This document shows, in pieces, positions 45,661 through 60,613 of a stretch of DNA of 64,000 nt. The notes under the pieces are model-generated. The model saw only the letters and a program-made list of their open reading frames with translations. It was not told the origin of the DNA and did not search any database. The position numbers and the translations under genes were made by a program. The DNA comes from Amphiscolops sp. MND2022 (Eukaryota), in the NCBI GenBank assembly GCA_964187785.1, contig OZ076409.1, forward strand, positions 54,996,001-55,060,000, written 5' to 3'. The first letter of the stretch is position 1; every line of letters begins with the position of its first letter.

Positions 45661-46127
45661 GCTCGATTTGGATTTACCAAATCGTACTTTTAACTGACTA
45701 ATACCATAAGCTTTATTAGAAATCGGTACTGTAAAATACACTGAGCGTAAAATATAAAATAAAAGCGAGTTTTGTTTAAGTCTGTCAGTTTTTCATCTAA
45801 AATGTTGGTAGTGTACCTGTCATATTTTCCTGGCCATCTGCAGTTGTTGTCACAGTTGTGCCGCAGCCTTGTCTTCATTGCATCCGAGTTGTTTTTCGTA
45901 TGATTGTATCCATCAGGGACATAATTTTTTGTGGGTTTCTTCAAACCTTCTGACGACATGCCTCCCTAGAAACTTCGAAGTTTGTTAGTTCTAATTCAGG
46001 TTACTCGAAAATTTTAATTCCCATTTCCGGAACAAATTAGTTCTAATTCCTGTTTGAGGAAATACGGAATAAGTTCGATTTCACAAGAACGTTTTAGAAA
46101 TTTTGAGCATGTTAGTCCTAATTCCAC

Positions 46128-47237
46128 TGAGTCATTGGTAAAAATTAATTGCAATTAATTGGAGGCTAATTTTTGGGAACGATAAATTAATTTTATTTGG
46201 TCGTTTTTAGACCATTCAAACTAAAAGGAAATTCGGCAAAGTTTTACTTTTCAAAGGATAGATGTCTCAAAGTATATTTATTCCACAAATGGAAGTTCAC
46301 ATTGAGAAATAATTGAGATTCCAGGTTACTTGGAGTTATTCTTTGGCGCAAATCTGATAAGACAAATCCCGCAATGCTGAAAAAACGTTCGGCTAGGTTC
46401 GATGTAGGCAAAATATTCCGGCAACCAAAAAAATTTCGACTTTTTTAAACAGGCTCCGTCGAAGGCTTTCGTTTCAACAAGTTAGTGGGAAAGTCATCTT
46501 CATTGTCACTAACAACTTGTTCTGTTTGCTAAATAATGGGTGCTGCCTTTTGTCCAACCATACATAACGACAGTGAATTTGCTGGGTAAAATATTCACTA
46601 TGGTAAGTTCAACTTTCCGATATAGAAGATCCATATATTTTTGCAAGGTCTTGGTAGTTATAGGTTTCAAATTTGTATATTTGCGAGTGAGCGGGTCCTC
46701 TACAAAGTTGAAAAGTTTCAACCCCTTGCACGCCCATTCGATCCAAGCGAATAAATTATCTGATGGCGATAAGCTCAATGAGGTAATTTTTGACTGATTT
46801 TCTGGTCTGTCCCATTCTGGATGCCGTGATGTCATGTGGTTGAATAGGTATGTCCAGCCAGAATTCTTTCTTTGAATCAGGACTTTTCCACGCGTACATT
46901 TGTTACCTCCTTCATCTTGAGCAGTGAAATAACGCAGGCATATGGACTTGTTCGGCATTATTATCTGTAATGCGCGCTTAAAGTGTAAATTAATTCGTTT
47001 ATTATAACGAGCGAAAGTTGCACTGTGATCTGTTTTATATTAGTCTTGTTTATCGTGTGTAAATTTATGTCAATCAGGTGCTTCGCAGCTGCTAATCATG
47101 AAGTGATTTGAAAAAGGTTAGTCTATAATTGCAGTTAATTGGATGTTTTGCAATCATTTAATTGGTTTTATCGACTGCTGACAATCAATCAATTGTGAGA
47201 GATAATTGCAATGCAATTAATTTTTTACTAATCCCTG
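46128..47237 (-). mobile_element. Internally deleted hAT DNA transposon
   Basis: End CAGGGATTAGTAAAAAATTAATTGCA with a degenerate partner near 46128-46152; ORF 46509-46958 is a BED/transposase N-terminal fragment; TSNLAERFFSIAG near 46406-46368. Confidence 0.75.
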
Positions 47238-47529
47238 ATTTTGTGCGATCAATTGCAGCTTGTAAAATGCTTTGGAATTCCAATTTCTATCACAAACATT
47301 GAAGCCTTCTGTGAAAGCTCTAAAATTTTTCGAATTCCTGACTGTTTATTTTGGATAAAAGATATTGGACTTCAGCTCATCACTCTCTACGAGTTTGTCA
47401 AAGAAACTCTAGACGTGATTATAGAGACAATGTTCAAGACATTTTCGTCAAGTGAGAAACAAGATTATTCAGTTTGGTCAAGTCGGCGGCAGAAAGGTTT
47501 TTCAAAACGTTCAAAAAAGACTTCGGCGA

Positions 47530-49164
47530 TGTAAGGATTAATGTCCGTATGCTCTCTTAGCTCACAAGCGGACCTTGAATCCTTCTTTGTTAATCTTGTG
47601 TTTGTATTCTTCCATGCATTTCTTATTCCTTCCTCATTTGTGGACGCACACGGCTCAACGTCATGTTGACTCGAAGGCAAGTTTTCTACCATGTTTTGTA
47701 TTTCTGGAATAATCCTCTCGCTTATGGCAGAACTAATCGCCCTGCTAATTTGCGATTGCATAAGGTCCATCATAGCCTCCATTTCACGTGACATTCTAGC
47801 ATTCATTTCCCCTGATAGCATGTTGATTGACTCCATTAGTCTACTTTCCCTAATAGGTTCATTTCTGCTATCAACGTTCCTAATCTCATTTTCTTGAGAT
47901 GAGTTTTCTCTATTTGGAAAGGACTGAGAGTCCTGTTGCCCTTCAGGGGCATTAATGAGGCTGTCTAGTTCCCTTTCTATAGAGTTAGAAATTCCATCAC
48001 CTAGCATTATGTCCATGTTTCCATAGTCGGACAACATATCTAGCTCTCTTGATTTTCTAGCTTTTGCCTTTTGTCTCCTCGTAGAAGCCATTGAAAATGA
48101 TATTCCAGGAGAAAATATTTGAATTGTTCCTGTGGACAAGTGTTTCTATTTTCAGGTTAACCAAAATGAGCGTAATGTATCAGATAACTGCAAAACTATG
48201 ATTAACCTTTGTCAGTCCGACTTGGGTATATATACCCCAGAGGACATGACAGTCAAAATTGTTATGGTCATGATACTAAAAATAGCACGCAGACTAAAAA
48301 TAGTTACATCATTGCTATAAATAGTATCATTACGTCGCCAAGAACCTGAAGGGGCGGCAAGTTCAAAGCACCTAATTAGGTTATGGCGGGACGCGTTGAT
48401 TCAATGACTTGTGTATTTTCACAGATTTCATGTATAAATAACGTTTCATGCGCGCTGAATATATGTAAGACCTACATGGTCAAACGCCATAAGGGCTATT
48501 TCAACTATATCCATCTCGGGTAATGTCATAACACTCTCCCTCCGATTATATCCATGCATCAGAAGGAAACTTTACATGTATTCCATATATTGGCGTACAA
48601 ATGTAGCATCATCTCGTATCATGATCAAAGTTAAGTAGCACCCATCTTGGCAAACAGCCGTACTGGGCCTTGTTTCCATTTATATAAAGGCGTCACTACT
48701 TCATTCGATAGGACTATTTAACTCGTAAGCCGAGTCCGTCCTTACTTAATTTATTCAATCAGCAATATAGTATAGCAACAAGATGATTTGGACCGGCCTT
48801 GTCGAGTGGCCAAACTAGTCCTTTCCGAGTAAATACAAATAACGTACAGCAATTGTGAATGAAATTAGCACGGCTGTGATTGGTCAATATGCCGTGCGCG
48901 GCTATGTTAGCTATACCGAACAGGCAGACATTTGAACTCGTTTCCTTTCTGCCTGTCAGTATAGCTTGTTGTCAAATATTAAGCACACAAAATATCCACT
49001 ACATTTACATGTATTACAAACAATATAAATACCACAACTAAAAGTTCCAAAATTAATACCTTTTAATTGAAAGTTTCATTACAATGGCAATGTGCCAGGT
49101 AGGGCGTTTTGTCTGCTTGCGGTGATTGTATAGAAGTTGCTGTCGCAGGCGGCAGCCTGCGACA
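47530..49164 (-). repeat. 3' LTR of D (1635 bp)
   Basis: Direct repeat of 61746-63372. Confidence 0.95.
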
Positions 49165-49933
49165 CTCCCCCTGAGAGCAAAAGAAAAGTTCCAATTTCCA
49201 TTCCTTCTAAAAAGGCCATTCGTCTTGAGTTGAATTGTTGTGGGGACTCGTTGGGAATTGCTGTTTTATGCCTGTAATCGATAACTGCCTCGTCTTTTAT
49301 CTGCTCGACAGATTTACCACATATCACGCAATCGGAATAGCCAGATAAGGAGTTAGTCCCAGCTAACTCCATTCCTTGGAAATGCTTTGTGATTGAATCC
49401 ATATTTTGTTGTGGCCTTTGGTGTTGATAGCCATGGGCGTCACAGTACATTGTTGTATAAAGTCCTTGTATAGGTCCTCTATCTTGAGGCGGAGGAGACT
49501 AGGGTGTATCTACCAATGGGACCAGATTTCTACAAAGAGTAATAGGGTGTCCATCTCTGAGTCTATCGTCCCTGGAGATAGGCCCGTTTCCTTTTCCTAG
49601 CGAGAAGAAGGATGGACCAAACATTGGTCTTGGCGTAAATGATCCCTGCTGTGCTTCATGTTTAGGAGGCCCAGTGGGGACAACTTCTTTCTCGGTCCTC
49701 ACTACATAAAGCGGCCCAGGAATAGGGATAGGCGCTGACATTTCCATTTCGACGCATCTGGCCATAAAGTTGATTTCTTCGTCCTCCTCCTCGTCTCCCG
49801 ACAATAATTGTATGTCGAAAACTGAAGTTAGACTCAAGTTGTCCATTGGTTCGTCTTCATCGCTAGATATTATGATGACATCGTGATCCAAGGGTGCTGC
49901 GCCTTGAAGGTCCTCCGGGTATAGAGCGGCCAT
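49079..49933 (-). pseudogene. Accessory sense ORF3 of D with one in-frame stop at 49499-49501; ends inside the 3' LTR
   Basis: ORFs 49499-49999 and 49079-49450 share a frame; DVIIISSDEDE and DIQLLSGDEEED; CVICGKSVEQIKDE...AFLEG. Confidence 0.78.
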
Positions 49934-51135
49934 GAACTTTGCCTTTATGATTTTCTTAGCAATTTCGTGAGAAATTGGAATGGGCTTTGAGATCTTCAAG
50001 CTCTATTAGTCAAATGTTTTGAAAGTTTCAGGAGTGAGAATGACAATTTCTTCTCTCTAAGGTCGCTTGAAATTCCTTCACGTCTGGTGATTTTTCCCCG
50101 GGCTTTTGTTTATCCCGGTAACGTTTTCGTCGATAAATTTTCCTAAACATCCTTTGATGATCGCAGTCAGCCGCTCTGTTTACATCATCACTTCAGTGAT
50201 TTGCCCGACGCGGCGAAGAGTCATCAATGACACCGCTGAGTGTTTATCTCCACTTGATATCCACTTGAGAATTTCAAGAGAAGGTGATGAAGTTTTAAGG
50301 CCACGCGCGGCGCATCGCCGCGACAGCCAATAGGGATCGCCCACACAGTCCGCTTTTCAAAATGGCGGAATTAAAAATAATAATCCAAATAAGGAAATAA
50401 TAAAATGACTAAAAATAATGAAAAAACTAAGGTAATAAAATAATGAAAATGCATGTTTCGAAATATAAATAATGTGGATTTCTCTGGCAGATTCCATCCA
50501 CAAAATAATTCTCATAATTGTAAAAATATTTGACATCAAATCCAGTTTGCCACGAACTCCAACTTTGCTACTGCAATCATTTTCGTCTTCTTCTATTGTC
50601 ATTGTTACATTTTCATATTCGTATTTGTTCATCGTTTATTTAGTATAGTAGTCCAAGTCTCAATTTTATACTTCTTTCATTATCTCACAGAACTTCTGTG
50701 ATTCTTCTGTCACTTTTCATCCCTTCATCTTGGATCGTTGTCTAATTGCCGGACTCGTCCACATCTTCCCTGTCACTATCCGGACCCACTCTTCCTTCTT
50801 CACAGCAGTGAGTTTACCTAATTCGGACAGGTGGATCATCAGCCTTTCCTGTTCTGGGTTGCAGTACAGTTTCAATTCAACAAGGACTATCATAACATTC
50901 TCGTTCAGCCTTCAATTATCCAACAACTACAGGTAAGCTATCTGGTCTTTTAATTTTGAGCGGAAATAAGCTTGATCAGGGCTTTTCCTCTCGTTCATGT
51001 ACTTCCTGTCCATTTTCGTCAAGACAGTTCAAACGTCCTGTTCTAATCTTTTCACTTCCGGAAGATTTTACTGCGGTTTTCATGGACTCATATTCAGGAA
51101 GTTGTCCGCAACAATTTATCTCTTTTCCTTAAGGT

Positions 51136-54100
51136 ATGACAACAGAGAAAGATTTGCCAGAATCCACTCCCGCTCCAGTTGCTGGAAACGAAGAAACGGC
51201 GACTTCAGAGGCCGTTGAATTGCCAGACCTTGGAAGGCCTTCACCTCAAGTGTCCGAAGGTAGCGGGTCTACCTCGGAAAGTGTAACTGCTTTCATTGAA
51301 AGAACCGTTGACGAAATGTCTCAACCCAATGCTGAGATCATCCAATTTTTGCCAAGCCAGCAAGGCACCTCTGTCCGAATGGTCACTATTGGCGCCACCT
51401 TTCTAAATGCCTCAGTCTCTGAACCAATTGCTGTGAGGACTGATCCGGCACGAAAGGAAACAATGGCCTGGGACAGTAAGGAGGTCGAGTCTGCGGCGGA
51501 GGCTCAGGGTCTATACGGTGACACTACAGACGTAGAGGAATTAATGGACAGCTCTGGCGTAGCCGTTTTCCCTCCAGTAGCTCCCAACGTCATTTTGGAC
51601 CCCACTTCCTTCCCTGATTTTGAAGGGGAATTCCATGAGGACTCAGGACACAGTGATTCTGAGCAGGAACAGTATCAAATTAACTTGGACGGCGCCGACA
51701 GACAACTTTCAGCTAAAGGCAAGCTGATCATAAAGAAATACTTTCGGGAAACTCGTCCCATTGAGTTACCCAGAGATCATCCCGTTATTGCTCTCACTGC
51801 CGATGAGTTGCATGCCGTCCTGAGGACCGTTTCGGACGAATCTGTGCTCTCATCCTACCACATGATGAAGTCCTTACTGCTTCATGCTACCCGGGGAGTT
51901 CCCCAGGATAAGAAGAGACCCATGCCAAAACGGTGCGCAACGCCTGCTCGACCAGTCACCGATAATTCGGGCGACGAGAGTAACTTCGGAGGGCGCGTGT
52001 CAGATGGGAACACCAGTGGGGCCTTAATTTCAGATGAGGACCCTTATCAGTTGGGGTCCATCTCCGGCACCGACTACCTGAGCGAGACTAACCCATTAGC
52101 ACTCACCCAGGGGCCCGAACAGACAACTTACCTGGCACGTCCCGAGCAGAGACTGCGACTCCAACCTCTGGGAGTGGGTAGAGTAGTACCGATTATCAAC
52201 CTCTTCCCTCGCTTGGCCGTTTACCCGCGCAAGAGGGTGAAGACAGGAGCCCACCTCGGAAAAGGCGCAGATTACTCAGCAAGCCCGGGAAGGTGATGAA
52301 AGACGCCTATTTTAAAGGCATCCAATGGACTCGCACTTTCGTCTCTGGCCCCGTGGATCCCATCCACAATAAGTTCAAATTCTACTGCATGTTATGCAAA
52401 ACAAACGTCTCCATCTTTTCAAAGGGAGCTAGAGCGATCCTTAGACATTACAAGACTGAAGGTCACTTGCGGAAAGACGAGAAATGGAGGTACGCCCACC
52501 TACAAGAGACTGATGAGATCACTGGGGTCATTACACATCAAGTCAGGGGGAAGGACGGTTACCCGCTTACTCCGATTGAGCTGGAACGTGAGAAGCCCTT
52601 TTATATCGATGTCCCCTTGGTGGATACAGGTGATCGTTTCCCTTTTTACGACGATTACATGGCCAGTAATGAGGGAATCCTTAACCCAGATGATCTGCGG
52701 ACCAGCACCCTCATCTCATTGATTGGGACTTTTGTACCGAAGGATGGCAATATTTCTTTATTGCAAAGTTTGTGGACCCGGGTAAGAGTATTCACTAACC
52801 ACCAAGCCTTGTTCTCCTCATTTGATTGGGGATGGATCTGCTACTCTTACAGTAAGTAAAGTTTTCACTTGTACAACCATTAATAAGTCCCAACACGGCT
52901 TCTGGTTGTGGCATCGTTTTCACACATTTGTGTTTCGTTTCAGAACGTCTTCCATCATGTCTTCATGAGAGGCCTTGCCGATATCTCCAGCCACATCATG
53001 GCTACTGAAATGTATTCTATTGAGTTCACAACCGAGGGCGTCTATCGATGCATGTCCGTCCGCTTCTGGAGGGAGGATTCACTCGTCCGGGTTTTACTGC
53101 ATCGACACAACCAATCCGATTCCTACCCAGGCTGTTATTTGACTGCCATCTCGTGTCTGCTGTCATTTGTGTCTTCAAAGCCCAATCTTGTTAGCATCTT
53201 TGGGTGCTCTTCTATGATCTTCAAGGCTCTGGAAAGTGGGCTGTTCAGCCATGGGATTCAATACACATTTCGTTTCGATGACTTCTCCCTTCCTGAGTTG
53301 ATGCACCCTGAGCCGTTGCAGACTGGTTACATCTCCGGCCGAATCGACATTTTCTCTCAGTTGAAGTTCCTAGTTGTCTTTCTCCGCAGCGGACTCAGCC
53401 AATCTTGGGCTCTTCAGAGTCCAGAGCTTTGCAAGGTTGTTTATTTCCTAAAATATGATTCTCTTCACTGCATTTTGCCATGTTGACCTGATGTTGACAA
53501 ACTTTTCTGGTCGTTATTCGTAATGATGAGTAGGGACTCTTCTCATTTAATTGTTTTCCATAGGCTATTGCAGCAAGTGACGTGGAATTGAGGAAGATCC
53601 CTGCCATTTGCACCGAGATCGTTAAAAGTTGGAAAGCCATTAAGGACTATCTCACCAGTATCGCTCCAACCCAGAAGATGCAAGGAGTCAAGAATAAGGT
53701 AATCATTTTCTATTTTCCGCCAATCGATGTCACTTACATTCCCTCATTGTGTTTTCTGGGTATTGTTATTCTTATGAGGTAAGTCTTCTTTTCAGCGTCA
53801 GAGCCTTGAATGGGAGATTATCCTAGATGACTTCTTCACCATCAAACTTGAGTTCCTCTCCTTGCTAGTCCGGGATTGTTAGTCATTTGTTTGTATTTGT
53901 TTTAAGTAACAGAGTAGTTGACCTACTGGCCCGTGTGCCGATCACGTCCTTGATTCTAACTATCTTTGTAACAGCTTAGGGTGTTTGATAGGCTCTGGTA
54001 GTTGTCATTCAAGTCTGGGCATGTTTAGATACCAAGTGTTTTGAGCGTAGTCTCTCTGGACGACGAGATGCAACTCTCTTCATTTACGGCTTGTATTGTA

Positions 54101-55083
54101 GATTCATCCGCCGGTTGTGCCACCGCGCCATTCTACCCAAATGCATCCCAGATGATACTGACTGGACTGGTCTTTTGCAATTATGCCCCGACGATCTGAG
54201 GCAATTGTCAAGTCGCGACTTCTTGAACCGACTCAAGTTAACTTGTGACCTCGATGTGGCTTGTCAGGCAAAATTAAATAGATCCCGGGGAGAAAACCCT
54301 GTGCCCACAAATCAGGACGAGCTAGTCACAAAGGAAAAGGAGACGTTTGGAACTGAAGCCCGGACGTATATAGTCACTCTGCTAGGGTCTTTACTTCGGG
54401 ATATACATTTCACCGCGAACATTGTCCACGGCATGGGCAGCTCCGATCCTCATGTGCTGTTAACATTGCCTCTTGAACAGGTATCTTACTGTTCCAACGC
54501 TCTATATGACAGTGTTCGACTTCGCGGTTGGGTGGATGAGGCTTCCCGTGGTGACTGTCGGTATGAGTATTTCGAGTTCGTGGATTACTTCCGTCAAACT
54601 TATACCTCCATACAATCTTCACCTGGAACTATTGTTGACGTGTTGGAATTCCTCATTCCAATTCCTGCATTCCGGAGCCGCGCCAGGCTGTTCCACTTAT
54701 TTCGCCTGTGCTGCCTTTGCATAACTGAGGGACATCAAGCCCTTCCTGCCCTTAAGTTTCAGGATGTAGATACCTCTAGTCCACGTTGCCGCCTTTCTTC
54801 TGTTATATTGCCTGCTCAGTCTTATTTGACGAATTGTTCTGGATCTGTCTCCGTTTGCACTGCTGAAGCCGCTCTAGCTCACTACAAAGAATTGGAGGGG
54901 CAGTTCAGTTCTGGGCAGCTTGCCGGAGACCCTTGGGCTCATGTTGATGTCTTTGGGCAAGCAAAGTTTCTAAAGACCCTTACTGCTGCCTTCAAGAATT
55001 TAAAGGGGGACCCTGTGGTTGGTGTGAGCACAGTGTCGCGATCGTCCTCTGTCTCGACTTCTGCTGGGCGAAAGATAAATTGA
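51136..55083 (+). CDS. Antisense spliced accessory gene of D: zinc finger plus hAT-transposase-like protein (frameshifted in this copy)
   Basis: FYCMLCKTNVSIFSKGARAILRHYKTEGH; introns at 52852-52943, 53436-53563, 53699-53795 and 53878-54028; probable 5' UTR intron ending at 51133. Confidence 0.85.
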
Positions 55084-55363
55084 GCTGCTGGTCAAGCTCA
55101 GAAATTGGCCTATTTTGGCGACATTCCAGCTAGTGAAATCTCCAAGACCGTCCAAGAGTTGCGAGAAGGGAGTTCTAAAGACTAAATGTACATAATGTAC
55201 ATTTGCCATTCTAGACTTTTGATTTGTAAATTTCAATTCTGTTTTTTTGTTTCAACATTTCTATAGTTAGTTTCTTTTGAGTCAAAGAAGTCAGAGTAGT
55301 CCCAGTAAAAAACATGCCTTCTTAGGCAATAACATAAATAGGGACATAATTTATCATTTCTGA

Positions 55364-58300
55364 CTAGTATCTGTATTCATCAGTATAGTTGGGGTTGGGG
55401 TTGGGGTTAGGTCGAAGGTTGTATTTCCCCCCTCTAGGGCTAGAGTTTTCATCAGTTTTTTCATTTGTTTTTCCATTCGATATTCCGGGCACGGTAATAT
55501 CATCCCCCTCATTAAGAGAGTTTTCCTCTCCTTCTAATTCATTTGTGACGTCATTCGCGTTCTTTTCTGAACTAGGAGGTGTATTGCCACCATTGTGGCT
55601 ATTTCGGCTAGTGGCCGTTCTCAGCCTTTCTGTTTTGCTGCTTTGTTCATCTCGCGCAGCATTCTCGTTAACGTCATGTTCGTCATGCACTATAGGTGCG
55701 TCTCGGCAAGTGGCCGTACTCGGTCCCGCTTCATTTTCATTCATTTTGTTTCGTTCATTCAATTCGGTGACGTCATGTGCGTCTCGTGTGATTGTGCTGT
55801 TTCGGCTGGTGGCCGTCCCCGGCCTTACCGCGTTGTCATCAGCGTTGTCATAAATGACGTAATCATTAGTCGTGACGCCAGTGTCGCTGTCTGGTGTTTG
55901 TAATTCTTCGTCCGTATTATCGTCTCGTCTCGGCCCGAGACATGGTAGTCAAAATCTGCTTCCCATGAGATGGTGTATAAATCATCTTGCGGTATGATTA
56001 TTTCATCATCTGGTTGCAATTTCTCTTTGGCATATTTGTCCTCTAAAGGCGTGTTTGGAACAAATTTTTTCAGGCGGATTCGGTGTAATATCTGCGTTTT
56101 GTTCGTTTTTAATTGGCGGACAAAATAATTGTCGTTAGGTAATACCTTTTCAATTCGATTAGGACCGATCCAGCGGTACTCTCTAAATGGTATTTTTGAT
56201 CCTTGATTATCCGCTTTAGGCTGTAGGATAAAACAAAAATCTTGTTCGCTGAGAGGAGCTGCTTTGGTTTTTCGGTCGTAGTACTCCTTATATTTCAGGT
56301 ATGACTGCATAATGTTATGCTTCGTTTTGTCAATGAGAATTTTCGTTCTCTGTTGTAATTATTCAACAAATTCCGTCGCCGGGAGGAAATCCTTATTAGG
56401 ATTACTTCCAAGTTTATGATCAAGAACATTGTAGGGAATCCTTCCGTGAAAGACCTTGCTCGGTTCACAACCAATGCTGGAATGATAAGTTGTGTTATAA
56501 TTGAGCACTGCTAGTGGCAAATATTTGTGCCATTGACGGCGATATTCCCCTGAGGCCATTTTCAAATTTGTCTTCCATGAGGCGTGAGTTCTCTCGAGTT
56601 TGCCAATTGTTTGTGGATGTTTAGTCGTCGCACATTTTAGGGTTATTCCCAATACTTGCGTTATCTCTGCAATAATTTTTGATGTAAAAGCGGTTCCTTT
56701 GTCGGTGATGATCGTAGTTGGCAAATATGAATGCTTCGTCATGATGTCTATTAGGACCTTTGCCGTGTTAGAGGCTGTTGCCTCAACTAGCGGGTAGGCA
56801 AACAGATATCTTGAAAAGACATCTATTGCTGTCATCACTGTTTAGTAACCTCCGCTTGTTGGCAAGTTTGGGAGTAAATCGATTTGCATTGCGTCCTCTG
56901 GTCCAAGGTCCCATTCTGGCAAGTTAAGCAATTCAGGCGTTATCGTGTTGTTTGGGACCCGTTTATCTTTTGCGCAAGTTACATATCCTTCTACCCATTT
57001 TTAACATGTTTTGCTATACCGGGGTAGTAGTATTTCTGTCGGATTTCTTGTAACATTTTCGATATGCCAGGGTGTTTGTGCGCCGTTCCATGTAAGGCCT
57101 GTAACAATTCTTTCAGGAGGTGTTTTGGTAAGAGAACCTGATGATACTTGACTTGCCCAGTTTCATCATAATATTGTCGTGTGACTATTTCGTCTTTGAG
57201 GACTAGTCGGTCCAAGTTGTTAAGGTAGTGTTTGTATCGGATATCTTGCTGGAGTATTTCTTCAGAATAGTCTTCGTTCTGAATTTTGGCTTTGAGTTGG
57301 CGCAGTATAGGGTTTTTGGATTGTTCAAGTAAGATTTGATTCGTTCTGCGCATTTTTTGGGTAAAGTTTGTGATTTCATCTACTAAATTTTCAGATATTG
57401 CGTCAATTTGAATTACGCCTTCTTGGTCGATTGGGTTAGTTCGGCTTCGTTTTTTACGCTCCCAAATTTGAGCTTCTGTCTCATCATCTTGCTCCGTGAA
57501 GAAAACCTGTTCCTCTTCTGCGACGCCTGCCGATTGGACATTGACCTCGATGGGCTTAGTCTTGATGTCTTCGCGGATTTTGAGGACTAGTTTTTCTCTG
57601 GGGTCCATTTCCATGCGAGATAAGTAGTCAGCTGCAGTGTTGTTTTTCCCTGGTATATGTGCTATGACAAAATTGAATTTTATTACATAGTCACATGCAT
57701 TCCAGAGTGTTGGAGGGATTATCTTCGTCTGGAAGAATCTTGTGACCGATTTGTTGTCCGTTAGGATAGTAATCGGTTTGGGGGCTCCCCAGAACTTATG
57801 TCCAAATTCTTTGAATGCGTAATAAATCGCTAAGAAATCTTGGCGTATATGGACATTTTGAGTTGCGATGGCGTAAAAGTTTTTGAACCATATGCAATTG
57901 GAGCGTATGATTTTTTGACAGATGAATATTTCTGGGTCGTCCTCGGTAAGTATGGCGTAGCCGACCGCTGTGAAACTAGCGTCTGTCATCAGGACCAGTT
58001 CTTTGTTTGGCAAAGGTTGCTTCAGGGCCAATTGGCTACATTTGTCGAGGTCCCGATTGATTTCATTGAACTGTTGTATTAGTTCTGTAGTCACCAGGAC
58101 TTTTTCGTCTTTTTTGAGAAGTTGGAAGAAGGGATCTAATTTTTCAGATAATCTTGGGATATAGTTCCTGTAATGATTGAGGAAACAAAGATATCTTTGC
58201 AGGGCCTTTTTAGATTTGGGGAATTTGGTTTTTTCTAGGAAGTTTGTTATTCGCTCCTTTTGTGGATTGACTCCCTCCGGCGTAATTGTTCTTCCCAAGA

Positions 58301-60613
58301 AATCGATTTCCGTTGCCCCAAAGTGACTTTTGTGCATTGTTAGTTTAATGCCCGCATGTCTAATACACTCAAAGGTTGCTTTCAAATTTTTGATGAGATG
58401 ATCCGCGTCGTTGGCGGCTATGCCAATGTCGTCGACGTATTGGGCACATTGATCAGCCTTGATAACTTTATCGAGGTATTCCCTCATAAAACTTGAAAAG
58501 GCTGATAATGCCCTGCTAAGGCCCTGAGCAAGTCGTCTGTACGAAAAAGGTGCGACTTGCAAAATTGAACGCAAGCATCTCAACGGACCTTTGGTCCGCC
58601 ATTGGTAGGCAGTGGTATGCCTGTGAACAGTCAAGTTTACAGAACAGTTTCTTTCCTGCCATATGTTGTGCAGCGTCCGTTAGGGTGCTAACCGGATAGT
58701 TGTTGTTTATTTAGTCATCCGAGATGAGGTTGTTAATTTTCCTCAGGTCAACTAGTAGTCTTAGCTTCCCATTCGGCTTTTTCTGTGCAAATATAGGACT
58801 GGCGTATTTCGAAAAGGCAGTGTAGTTATTATGCCATGTTTGTGTAAGAGGGCCAGTTCGACGAGTATGTCCTCTTTTAAATTGACTGGAGTTGGAAGAC
58901 TTTGGCTGTAAGCTGGCGAATTGTCCTTAGGGGTCAGTTTGACTGTGAATTCTTCATTCATTCCGATGTCAAATCTGTGTCGTGCGAATATGTCATGGTA
59001 TTCGACTAAAAGCGATTCGATCTTTTTGATTTCATGTTGTTGCAGCATGGAGTCTTTCCAGTCAAAATTGCTAAGGAATTTGCGGCGTGACTCATCATCG
59101 TTCTGAGGGTTCAATTGTTCAGCTTCTTGGAGGTTTCGTAATTCTTGAAGAATTCGTCGTTGGATGGGGGTATGGGAATCTTCGTCCCCTGGGTTTTCTG
59201 GCGTTGGAAACCAATACTGCTCGTATTGGTCATTGTTCCGGTTAGCTTTGATTAGACTACCGACATAGTAGATCGCATCCTCTTCGTTTTCATTGAGGAG
59301 ATGCCATGTGGACACCGGGTCAGTTGGTTTGACGTGTTTCATCTGTTCCGGTGTTAGTACAGAAAAGTTTGCTATGTGTAGTCCCTTTTTAAGCTTGTAC
59401 GGTTGGTCTGTGAAGTTGTTGATATGAACGTTGACGGTTCCACTAGTCAATGTGACTATTGCGGCACAGAATGTGATGTCGCCTTCTTCATGGAGGAGAG
59501 ATCACTGGGTTGCAGCACTCCTGTGACCGTGTTTTCATTGTAGATTTGGGATTTGAGCTCTACCAAGATACGGTTATTGGGTGGTATTGTGATATCGTCT
59601 GGGTTAAGTATTGGTTCCAGTACGTTGGAGTATTTATGGTCAGCCGTTTTGAGTTGCATCGAGAAATATGGGAAATTGAGAATGCCTTGTCGCATGTCCA
59701 GTACTGTATGAATCCTCTGGAGGAACATTAGTCCTTTGACAGGGCCAGTCAGTTTTTCCATTACTATAAATATTTCATGGAATTCGATATCTCCGACTTC
59801 GAACTTGAGTTCAACAGTGCTCTTTGGGGTTTCCAATTGTCCGTTTGCGACCATAATTTGAAACGTCGGGGCAGGTCCCTCTTTGACTATGGATTGGGGC
59901 GCCAATAGGCGTATTTTCCTGAGGTCTGCTTCCGGTATTGCGCTGGAGTGAGCTCCAGTGTCTATGAGGCCGTCTATGGTTAGTTCCCCAAAGTCCATCG
60001 GGAAATATAGCATCCGTTTTTTGTATTTAAGTCCGAGGTTTGTGGATAAGGGTATATACGCTGGTTCTCCCTCTTTAGTTACAAGGACATACATGAAGGC
60101 TGTCTCGTCGAGGAGGCCAGGTGTGGCCTGTATCTCTTCTGCCTGTGGCTGTTCTTTGATTGCATCAAAATTTGGTTGCGACGGATCGATGAGTGCCCGG
60201 GACAGTATGGTGTCCACAATGTCAGGGTCATCCTCATCATCTGTTGGCGGGTAGTCATCATTCCGAAATTGTAAATTGTGCTTATCGTATATATCATCAT
60301 CCCAGTACGGGTCTTTGCCGTACTCGGGGTCGTAGTATTGGGGGTTGTAGTCTTCGACAGTTTGTAAGGGTCGGAATTGGTTTTCTGAGTCTTTATTGAG
60401 GTTATTACGTCGATATAGATATGGGTGGTCACTGTGGATAATGTATTGACTTTGAGTACAGGCTTCCACCATCTGCTGCTGCCAGACAGTCGATGGGATC
60501 CCTGTGATGTCCTTTTGTGATTGCTTGTAGGCGATATTAGCTGGGTCTGATATGACATATTGTCGTATCGACATTTGATCAGAGATTTGGAGTCCAAGCA
60601 AAATTAGTTTTTT
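55364..60613 (-). pseudogene. pol: pol of D, multiple frameshifts and stops
   Basis: LIDTGA, YVDD, TDASFTAVG, HPGISK, IDVFSRY, TDKGTAF, LERTH; tail KYNLRPNPNPNPNY. Confidence 0.95.
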